DNA of 64,000 nucleotides from an uncultured Parachlamydiaceae bacterium (GTDB lineage Bacteria; Chlamydiota; Chlamydiia; Chlamydiales; Parachlamydiaceae): NCBI GenBank assembly GCA_963752155.1, contig CAVVXH010000010.1, positions 288,001 to 352,000 of the forward strand, read 5' to 3'. Shown piece by piece: positions 56,513 to 64,000 of this stretch (position 1 is its first letter; each line of letters starts with the position of its first letter). The notes under the pieces were generated by a model. It saw only the letters and a program-made list of their open reading frames with translations, ran no database searches and was not told where the DNA came from. The position numbers and the translations under genes were made by a program.

Positions 56513-56868
56513 TAAAAACGATAAAAACGATAAAAACGATAAGAACGATAAGAACGATAAGAACGATAAAAACGATAAGAACGATAAAAATGATAAAAAG
56601 GATAAAAAACGATAAATTGTGGAATAGCAGTACTTTACAGATTTCTTAAAGATTTCTTCTAGACTAGTCGAAAAGTCTCCTCATTGCTCTGCAGTCTTTT
56701 CCATTCCAATTTCCTAAGCCGGAAATTTACTAACAAACCGAAAAACAACAGTTCAGAATGGCGCCCGTTCTTCATGATAATTTTTTCTTGTCTTCTTCCA
56801 TCGTTTTTATCGTTTTTATCGTTCTTATCGTTTTTATCGTTCTTATCGTTTTTATCGTTGTATCGTTT
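56513..56868. repeat. Inverted pair of 9-nt tandem arrays (TAAAAACGA about 11 copies; ATCGTTTTT about 8 copies)
   Basis: Left array 56513-56616, right array 56800-56868, about 185-nt spacer. Confidence 0.92.
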
Positions 56869-57072
56869 GCATCTTTGATTACGTCTACATAAAAACATGT
56901 CCAGGCAGCATTGTTAATTTTACACCATGCTTTAGCTGTAGTGTAGAAGTTGTTTCTTGTCAAAACTTTATAAGGGAAACGTCCTGTATAGTTAGCTGTT
57001 CAACTCTCATTTTTTGTGGAGGGTCTATGGGCTTCACTCGGTGGTGGATGTGGTCTTTGAGCTAGACTTTCT

Positions 57073-57549
57073 TCAATAGTAATGATCGAGTTTACGCTTG
57101 CTTTCACGGTCAAGATTCTCAACATCCGGAATTAAATAACGCTTGTTGTTACAATCGATAACTACCAAACGATTATGACCAAGGGGCTGGATATTTTCAT
57201 CCGTTTCTACATCAAATTTCATTGGGCCATAATCGGTTGTCACACTCCATTCATGTATATTTGTAAGGCGTGTAATGCTATGGATTTCTTGGATAATCGG
57301 GACAAAATGGTGCTGTCTTAATGTCGCCATAAGCAATTCATAAGAAGCTTTGTTAAGCTTTTTCGGATCTTCTATGCAGATAATCTCACGTCCATCTTCG
57401 GAAAAAAGAGAGATCCACTGATCAGTTCTAGTTAGAGGGAAAAGCCACACTGGATAGACATTTTCATGGGCCATCCCGTTTGCTTCGATGAGAATGAGCT
57501 GACTCTTGTCGTTCAGCATAAATCTAATATCTTGAGGTAAAAGAGTCAT
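57073..57549 (-). CDS. DUF1854-like protein
   Basis: V.PV.LFPLT...WISL...G.E, FVP.I..I, W.V.TD.G, ID....RYLIPD...LD..S; coupled to the ABC transporter. Confidence 0.75.
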   Translation of the reverse strand: MTLLPQDIRFMLNDKSQLILIEANGMAHENVYPVWLFPLTRTDQWISLFSEDGREIICIEDPKKLNKASYELLMATLRQHHFVPIIQEIHSITRLTNIHEWSVTTDYGPMKFDVETDENIQPLGHNRLVVIDCNNKRYLIPDVENLDRESKRKLDHYY

Positions 57550-59339
57550 ATGTAAACCGACTCCAACATTGCTCGATGTAATCGTGTATAGGTTCCATTT
57601 CTTTTAAGCAACTCTTCGTGGCTTCCCATTTCTTTAATTTGCCCTTCCTCCATGACAATGAGGCGATGTGCTCGTCGTAGTGTGCCTAAACGGTGCGCTA
57701 TAGCAATTGTAGTCCGTCCTTTAACGAGATGGTCTATGGCCTCTTGGATTTCATGTTCTGTTTCACTGTCCACTGAAGAGGTTGCTTCGTCCAAAATCAA
57801 AATCGCCGGATCGATGAGCAAAGCACGAGCAATACTGATCCGTTGTCGTTCCCCGCCGGAAAGTTGCTGACCTCGTTCTCCGACGAGCGAATCGTAGGCA
57901 TCAGGCAGTTGCATAATAAAATCATGTGCCCTCGCAGCGCGTGCAGCCTTGACAATCTCAGAACGCGTGGCAGCGGGATTTCCGTAGGCGATGTTATCTG
58001 CAATAGATCCATAAAACAAAAAGGGATCTTGAAGGACAAGTCCGATGTTTTGACGATAACATTTAAGGTCCACCTCTTTTAAATTGATCCCATCGACGAA
58101 GATGGCTCCTTCATTGACTTCATAAAAACGACAGGCAAGATTTATCAGCGTCGTTTTACCGGCTCCGCTGGGACCGACCAAACCGACCATTTCTCCAGGT
58201 TCGATGTTTAAGTTGATCCCTCGAATGATTTCACGTGAACCATATCGGAATTTGACATCTTGAAATTCAATTTTTCCTGTTAGACGTCCGATTTTTATGG
58301 CATGGGGATGTGTCGATTCGTCCTGTTTGACATCTAACACATCGAAGATTCGATGTGTGCTCGTGGCAGCACGTTGCATAAATGCAGTAAAGCGTCCAAC
58401 TGAATCCATGCGATGATATAGACTGTTGATATAAAGTACAAAGCCTGTCAACACTCCCACGGAGATCTCTTGTTTTGCAATGCTCCAGGCTCCGGCCATC
58501 CAGACAGTCAGAAGGCCGAAGTCGGTAAGCAATTTAATTAAGGGTGTGAAAAATGACCACGTCATGTTAACACGATCGTTTGACTTAAAGAGATGTTTGT
58601 CGACAGCTTTGAATCTTTCGATTTCATGTGATTCTTGTGCAAATGCTTTGACGACGCGTATACCTGGAATCGTATCTGTCAACACGCTCATAAGCTGACT
58701 GACGGCGCGACTTGCAGCAGCAAAGCCTCCGCGTAAACGATCGCGCACATGCTTAACCAAGAAAGCCACAATCGGAATGGGAATCAAGGCAATTGTCGCT
58801 AAAAAAGGATTGATCGTAAAAAGAATGAAGGCTGTGAAAGTGAATTGTAGAATGTCGCAAAAAAAGTCGATAAAATTGACAGAAAGAAAATAGGAAATGC
58901 GTTCTGTATCGGCGCCAATGCGTGAAATGAGATCCCCAGTACGTTTTTTGTTAAAGTAGGCCAAGGAAAGACCTTGCAAATGTTCAAAGGTATCACGTCG
59001 CATTTTGCTGGTAACTTTTTCAGCAACACGTGCGACGATAAATGTCTTTCCCCAATCTAGTGCCCATGCCAAAATAGCTGCTAAAGAGAGTTGAAGGGCA
59101 TAAGGATAGATGTCTCGGATGTTGACATGCGTAGAATGGTTTTGCAAAGGGATAAGTACTTTGTCTACTAAAGACATTGTTAGCCACGGCGAAATCAGCT
59201 GAGCCCCAGTGCTAGCCATCGTGAGGATTAATCCAAGAAATAACAAGCCATACCACGGACGTGCAAACTTCAAAAGACGAAATAATGGTTTACTTGATGT
59301 CAGATGTTTTCGTAATTTCTTCACTTCTGCACCAAACAC
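57546..59339 (-). CDS. ABC exporter, fused permease/ATPase
   Basis: TM domain, GPSGAGKT, LSGGERQR, ILDEATSS, IAHRL. Confidence 0.92.
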   Translation of the reverse strand: MFGAEVKKLRKHLTSSKPLFRLLKFARPWYGLLFLGLILTMASTGAQLISPWLTMSLVDKVLIPLQNHSTHVNIRDIYPYALQLSLAAILAWALDWGKTFIVARVAEKVTSKMRRDTFEHLQGLSLAYFNKKRTGDLISRIGADTERISYFLSVNFIDFFCDILQFTFTAFILFTINPFLATIALIPIPIVAFLVKHVRDRLRGGFAAASRAVSQLMSVLTDTIPGIRVVKAFAQESHEIERFKAVDKHLFKSNDRVNMTWSFFTPLIKLLTDFGLLTVWMAGAWSIAKQEISVGVLTGFVLYINSLYHRMDSVGRFTAFMQRAATSTHRIFDVLDVKQDESTHPHAIKIGRLTGKIEFQDVKFRYGSREIIRGINLNIEPGEMVGLVGPSGAGKTTLINLACRFYEVNEGAIFVDGINLKEVDLKCYRQNIGLVLQDPFLFYGSIADNIAYGNPAATRSEIVKAARAARAHDFIMQLPDAYDSLVGERGQQLSGGERQRISIARALLIDPAILILDEATSSVDSETEHEIQEAIDHLVKGRTTIAIAHRLGTLRRAHRLIVMEEGQIKEMGSHEELLKRNGTYTRLHRAMLESVYI

Positions 59340-59399
59340 ATGATTGTCAAAAACAAGTAAAACAGCAAGGGCTAAAGATCTGTTGTCTCATTTATTGAA

Positions 59400-59496
59400 A
59401 AACAGCAATTCCCTCTAAAAATTAAAGAGTAGCTGACTGCGGACTGTTGACAGTCCTCGCTCAGCTATTCTTTATTTTTAGCGGGAATTGCTGTTT
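59400..59496. repeat. Long hairpin with CAGCAATTCCC ends, could terminate the helicase transcript
   Basis: AAACAGCAATTCCC...AAAGAGTAGCTGA / TCAGCTATTCTTT...GGGAATTGCTGTTT. Confidence 0.7.
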
Positions 59497-59507
59497 AATT
59501 GAAAGTT

Positions 59508-60989
59508 TTAAATTGCTTTTCGTGGGTTATTGTGATTTTTGAAACTTTGGCCTCTAGAAGTAGATCCACTAGCATAGACTTTGCTGCCAGAGCCATAGCT
59601 TTTTCTATCAGAGTTGTTCCCATGACGGCTACGAGGGCTGGGATTATCGTAATTTTTGCTTTCCGAGCTTCTGCTTTCGGAACTATTATTATTAGATCTA
59701 GTGCTAAAGCTTCCGCTGGTTCCGTAACTTCTCCCTTCGGAGCTATTGCCGGAACTTTGAGAACCTCGATATCCTCTTGAAGATCCGTAGGATGAAGAGC
59801 CACGGTTGCGTGAACTGTTACTTCCATTTCCTGATGGTGGACGTCGTTTGGGTTCGAGTCCTGGAATCTGATGAGCTTCCAGTTTTTGACCGGTAAATTG
59901 CTCAATACGTCTTACAAGCATAGCATCACGACCTGCAGCGAATGAGAGAGCTATCCCTTTTCCTCCTGCTCGACCTGTACGTCCAATTCGATGGACATAG
60001 TCTTCAGCGCAATTGGGAAGATCAAAATTAATGACATGAGAAATTGTCAATACATCGATACCTCTTGCAGCAATATCAGTAGCAATTAATATCCGAATTT
60101 CGCCTCGACGTAGTTGAGAAAGAGTACGTGTACGTTGACGCTGATTCATGTCGCCATGTAATGCGGCTGCATTGTGACCTTGTTCATATAAAGTGTCTAC
60201 AAGTTGATCGGCATTAATTTTTGTTGAAGTAAAAATGATTGCTTGGTTGATGGATGGGTCACTGAGCAAGTGATCTAAAAGACGATGTTTATGAGAAATA
60301 TCATCTACATAATGCAAGCGTTGTTCTATATTGTCGTTTTTTTCAGTAGCATGGGCAATAGTGATTTCCACAGGGTTATTGAGTAATGATTTTGATAATT
60401 CAAGAACTTCACCTTTTAAGGTCGCAGAAAATAATAAAGTCTGACGCTTAGTTGGAAGGGCTGCGGCAATTTGTTTAACAGGTTCAATAAAGCCCATGTC
60501 TAGCATCCGATCCGCTTCGTCGAGAATGAGCATCTCAATACGACGGAAGTCAATACGTCCACGGTCAAGCAAATCAATTAAGCGACCTGGTGTTGCAACT
60601 AAAATTTCAAAGGGACGGCTTAATTCTTTGTTTTGGAGTCCGTAGGGTGTTCCACCATAAATACAAACAGTACGCATCCGAGGCAAATTACGGCTATATT
60701 TTTTGGCTTCATTAGCTACCTGCATCGCAAGTTCGCGTGTTGGAACCAAAATAAGCACGCGGGGGCCATAACCTTTAATTTCAGACGGTGCTGCTAAAAG
60801 ATTAAGCGTAGGAAGGAGGAATGCTCCTGTTTTACCGGTTCCGGTTTGTGCAGATGCAAGGAGATCTCTTCCCGCAGAGATCATCGGAATGGCCTCAGCT
60901 TGAATCGGAGTTGGCTCCGTATAACCGCAATCTGAAATGGCATCTAAAATTGCTTGATGTAGATTCAAATCTTTAAAACTTGTTGTCAT
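59508..60989 (-). CDS. DEAD-box RNA helicase (RhlE-like) with S/G/R/N-rich tail
   Basis: Q motif, AQTGTGKT, PTRELA, TPGR, DEAD, SAT, ARGID, HRIGRTGR. Confidence 0.95.
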   Translation of the reverse strand: MTTSFKDLNLHQAILDAISDCGYTEPTPIQAEAIPMISAGRDLLASAQTGTGKTGAFLLPTLNLLAAPSEIKGYGPRVLILVPTRELAMQVANEAKKYSRNLPRMRTVCIYGGTPYGLQNKELSRPFEILVATPGRLIDLLDRGRIDFRRIEMLILDEADRMLDMGFIEPVKQIAAALPTKRQTLLFSATLKGEVLELSKSLLNNPVEITIAHATEKNDNIEQRLHYVDDISHKHRLLDHLLSDPSINQAIIFTSTKINADQLVDTLYEQGHNAAALHGDMNQRQRTRTLSQLRRGEIRILIATDIAARGIDVLTISHVINFDLPNCAEDYVHRIGRTGRAGGKGIALSFAAGRDAMLVRRIEQFTGQKLEAHQIPGLEPKRRPPSGNGSNSSRNRGSSSYGSSRGYRGSQSSGNSSEGRSYGTSGSFSTRSNNNSSESRSSESKNYDNPSPRSRHGNNSDRKSYGSGSKVYASGSTSRGQSFKNHNNPRKAI

Positions 60990-61189
60990 TATTTCACTTT
61001 TGTTGGAGTTTAAATATTCAGTGTATCATATGCATTAAATAAAAGCTAATTGTTTTTAGACATTGATTTTTTCTTATGACTCCGTAGCAAAATTCTATAG
61101 ATCTTTTCGCATGAGAAAGGGCAACATACACGACTGAAGGCACAGAATTTTGATACGAAGTTATGTGAAAAGATCTATAATTCAAATTT

Positions 61190-61942
61190 TTAAAAAATTT
61201 CTCCGGAGGTGATTTCGAAGAGGGTTCCATTCGACATAGATAATCTTAGGATTCCTGTTTCACTTATTTCGTAAAACATTCCCTCTAAGAGGGTACCTGA
61301 AGTGTGAAAGCATACAGTTTCTCCTTTCAGATGGCATAATTGTTCTCTATAAGAGTTTAAAAAAGGAGAAAATCCTGACCTGATAAAGAGGTTCAAGTCT
61401 TCTAAAAAAGTTTGAAGGAGTAGCTCTCGAACAATTTGTATATCAACTGTTTTTCCTGTTTCTATTAGAAGAGAAGTAGCAGGACGTTCGAGATGGGTTA
61501 TGAGCCCCGAAGGCATGTTAATATTGAGTCCAATGCCGATGAGCATGTAAAGGCAATTTGAATATTCCGTCGCTTTAGCTTCGGTTAATATGCCTCCAAT
61601 TTTTTTTTTGTTGACGAGTAGATCATTAGGCCATTTAAGTTGACAAGATAGGTTGAGTTTTTGAAGAGTGCTAGCAGCTGAAAGGGCTAAAATTTGGGGT
61701 AAATTTCCGATATCTTTTCTTTGAGAATCGAACATAAAACTGAAAGTGCCGTAAAAATTCAGATTTTTTGGAGAAAACCAATGGTGTCCAAAACGACCTT
61801 TTCCGGAAGTTTGTTCATCGGCAGTCGTCAGTAAGAGCATTCCCTCCTTGAGTCTAGAAACTTGTAAGGATGCCCAATGGTTTGTGGAATCAATGCTTTC
61901 AAAGTGGTCATTGATGACACGTGAAATGGTTTTGGATTGCAT
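61190..61942 (-). CDS. birA: Biotin--[acetyl-CoA carboxylase] ligase
   Basis: IDSTN, QTSGKGRFG..W, KWPND, KIGGIL, GIGLN; start at ATG 61942. Confidence 0.92.
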   Translation of the reverse strand: MQSKTISRVINDHFESIDSTNHWASLQVSRLKEGMLLLTTADEQTSGKGRFGHHWFSPKNLNFYGTFSFMFDSQRKDIGNLPQILALSAASTLQKLNLSCQLKWPNDLLVNKKKIGGILTEAKATEYSNCLYMLIGIGLNINMPSGLITHLERPATSLLIETGKTVDIQIVRELLLQTFLEDLNLFIRSGFSPFLNSYREQLCHLKGETVCFHTSGTLLEGMFYEISETGILRLSMSNGTLFEITSGEIF

Positions 61943-61962
61943 TTCTAAAGTTTTCCTATTTC

Positions 61963-62023
61963 CAGCAATTCCCGCTAATTTTCGTGCTCGTGGCCGTGTG
62001 CGAAAACTTAGCGGGAATTGCTG
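61963..62023. repeat. Short palindromic element with CAGCAATTCCCGCTAA ends
   Basis: CAGCAATTCCCGCTAA...TTAGCGGGAATTGCTG between the divergent birA and rodA. Confidence 0.75.
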
Positions 62024-62142
62024 TGTTATTTTTTTTGTTATGTACATCATTTTATCACATTCTTATAATTGACGTATTCCCATTAGAATGTTTAGAATGC
62101 TTTAGTCTTATTTTTGGATTAAACTTATATGCTCTTTTTTTT

Positions 62143-63282
62143 ATGATTTGGAACCCCAGACTCCTTTTGCGGATGGATTTTAGAGTCGTCCCTTTATTGA
62201 TAGCACTTCTCTGTGTAAGCCTCATTTCCATTTCTGCTTACTCTACGGATGGTTCACCTGAAGGATTGGAAGGGTCTTTTTTCACTCCGGCAGTCAATCG
62301 GCAGATTAAAGGAATCCTTTTAGGAATCACAGCATTTATATTTTTCTCTGGATTTGACTATAATAAACTTCGCGAGTGGACTTGGCTGCTTTATATATTA
62401 ATGCTGATTTTTCTCGTAGGTCTATTCTTTATGGATCCTATCCAACGTGTGTATAGATGGTATAGGCTCCCGCTCATAGGTTTAAATTTTCAGCCTTCAG
62501 AATATGCAAAACTCGTCGTTGTGATAGCCCTTAGCTGGTTTTTGGAAAGGAGATCCACCACGATTCGAAGTGTAAGTACGGCATTTTTTGCGCTTTTAAT
62601 TGTCGTTATTCCCTTTGGATTGATCCTTAAGCAACCCGACCTGGGAACTGCATTAGTTCTTTTTCCCATATCACTGGTGATGTTTTACATCGGAGGTCTC
62701 CATCCATGGGTATTAAGGGCTATGAGTACAGTAGCAATATTAGTTTTAGCATTAATTGCGCTTATTTTTTTAGGTTTTATTTCTCATGAACAGATACGGC
62801 CTCATGCGACTAAAGTTTTGAAGGGATATCAATTTGAAAGATTGAATCCGAATACACATCATCAGAAAGCGGCTGCGACGGCTATTGCAATCGGAGGGAT
62901 TGCAGGTAAGGGATGGCGAAATAGTGAATATGTCTCTGGAGGATGGTTGCCAGAAGCATATACGGATTCTGTGTTTCCAGCTTTTACTGAGGCGTATGGA
63001 TTTGCAGGGGCTCTTTTTGTTCTTATCCTATTTTATGCTTTGCTTTATTTCAGTTTTCAGGTGACAGCTGCAGCCAGCAATCATTTTGGACGTTTACTTT
63101 CTGCTGGAATCACGGTATACTTAGCCATGCACATTTTGGTCAATATTGGTATGATGTGTGGATTATTGCCAATCACGGGGGTTCCACTTGTTTTGGTCTC
63201 TTATGGCGGAACTTCAATTTTATGTACAATGACAGCTCTAGGAATTCTGCAGAGCATCTATAGTCGAAGGTTTATGTTTTAA
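62143..63282 (+). CDS. rodA: SEDS protein RodA
   Basis: RW, QPSEYAK, QPDLGT, LPEAYTD, LPITGVPL..VSYGGTS. Confidence 0.9.
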   Translation: MIWNPRLLLRMDFRVVPLLIALLCVSLISISAYSTDGSPEGLEGSFFTPAVNRQIKGILLGITAFIFFSGFDYNKLREWTWLLYILMLIFLVGLFFMDPIQRVYRWYRLPLIGLNFQPSEYAKLVVVIALSWFLERRSTTIRSVSTAFFALLIVVIPFGLILKQPDLGTALVLFPISLVMFYIGGLHPWVLRAMSTVAILVLALIALIFLGFISHEQIRPHATKVLKGYQFERLNPNTHHQKAAATAIAIGGIAGKGWRNSEYVSGGWLPEAYTDSVFPAFTEAYGFAGALFVLILFYALLYFSFQVTAAASNHFGRLLSAGITVYLAMHILVNIGMMCGLLPITGVPLVLVSYGGTSILCTMTALGILQSIYSRRFMF

Positions 63283-63734
63283 TGAATCCTCTGAATTTTC
63301 ATTATTTTCTGTTTACACCTGGGCGTTGGGTGGGGGCGGGTCGAATTACGTTTAATAATTCCCCTGAATTAATACGTTTTTATACGCGTTGGATAATTGA
63401 AAAAGATGATCAAGGAAAAATACATTGCAATCAGCTTATTGAAATGCAAGAAACGGGTCAAAAGGTTGAAAATCGTTTTTCTATTTATGAAGTTAACAAC
63501 AATGCCTTCAAGATTAATCTGCAAAACGAGGGGATAAGCTCTGCAACTGGTTTGGGCATTATTGATGCTAAGTCTATAGCATGGGAATTTCATGGAAAAG
63601 GGGAATTGGAGGGGTTTGAAGTTTATGAATTACAGGAAAATGGAGATTATATGTTGCATGCAGAGTATGCTTCGACCTCATTGCTTCGTACGATTGTAGA
63701 TGCACGCATCTGGAGAAAGGATGAAGAACAATAA
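63282..63734 (+). CDS. Hypothetical protein, beta-rich
   Basis: 150-aa ORF translationally coupled to rodA. Confidence 0.65.
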   Translation: MNPLNFHYFLFTPGRWVGAGRITFNNSPELIRFYTRWIIEKDDQGKIHCNQLIEMQETGQKVENRFSIYEVNNNAFKINLQNEGISSATGLGIIDAKSIAWEFHGKGELEGFEVYELQENGDYMLHAEYASTSLLRTIVDARIWRKDEEQ

Positions 63735-63795
63735 ATTAAGGTTTGCAATAAAAATCGTCTTTGATATAAAATAGGTTTTCATGATCAGCTTTTTT

Positions 63796-63892
63796 GCCGG
63801 GGACCTCATGGAATAAAGTAGTCCGAACCAGGTCAGAACAGGAATGTAGCAGCCTTAAGGATGGTGCTTTATGCCTCGAGATAATCTCCGGC
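63796..63892 (+). ncRNA. ffs: Signal recognition particle RNA (4.5S)
   Basis: Terminal stem GCCGG/CCGGC, conserved GGTCAG..ACA-GGAA-TGT-AGCAGCC domain IV, T-run after. Confidence 0.85.
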
Positions 63893-64000
63893 TTTTTTCT
63901 TAAATAGCCTAAACCACTGCGTGGAAAGCAAATTGTAGCTTAGAACCAAGAGGTTCAAATCTTGAAAGTAGCCTTGCCATTTCTTCCTCCCCCATTTCCG

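Noticed and set aside
56385..56963. KND/TIK/FLS-repeat ORFs
   Set aside because: Translations of the 9-nt arrays in several frames.
61921..62142. Overlapping N-terminal extensions of birA and rodA
   Set aside because: They cross the palindromic element; conserved sequence starts at 61942 and 62143.
63899..64000. 3' end of a minus-strand CDS at the window edge
   Set aside because: Only about 30 codons are visible, and part resembles the AGCTAAGAA element family (TAAATAG.C.AAACCACTG, AAATTGTAGCT), so it cannot be called.

Overview
64 kb of AT-rich bacterial chromosome. The gene set points to an environmental Chlamydiota (Parachlamydiales-like) organism; this is inference from the large chlamydial-type PBP2 and FtsH, murF-alr fusion, rodA, ftsK, lptF/G, rpsU-dnaJ, hprK-ptsH-ptsI and F-box protein. 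The core carries tilS, ligA, comEC, birA, a DEAD-box helicase, three tRNAs (Leu-GAG, Ser-CGA, His-GTG) and SRP RNA. Accessory content: five secreted Cys-Cys/collagen/globular-tail paralogues; a large atypical protein kinase (WNK-type Lys, tyrosine-kinase-like catalytic and P+1 loops, an RNAP-like insert, Tyr-containing 24-aa tandem repeats); a PLP decarboxylase fused to a cNMP-binding domain; an RHS protein with a lipase-like tip plus candidate immunity gene; a Kdo hydroxylase; and three toxin-antitoxin loci, two with a dead or missing HicA. Intergenic spaces hold many short palindromic elements from several families, some built from 9-nt tandem units in inverted orientation. Many conserved genes carry single-base frameshifts, mostly in homopolymers, which most likely reflect sequencing or assembly error. 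All calls come from reading motifs by eye; no searches were run.
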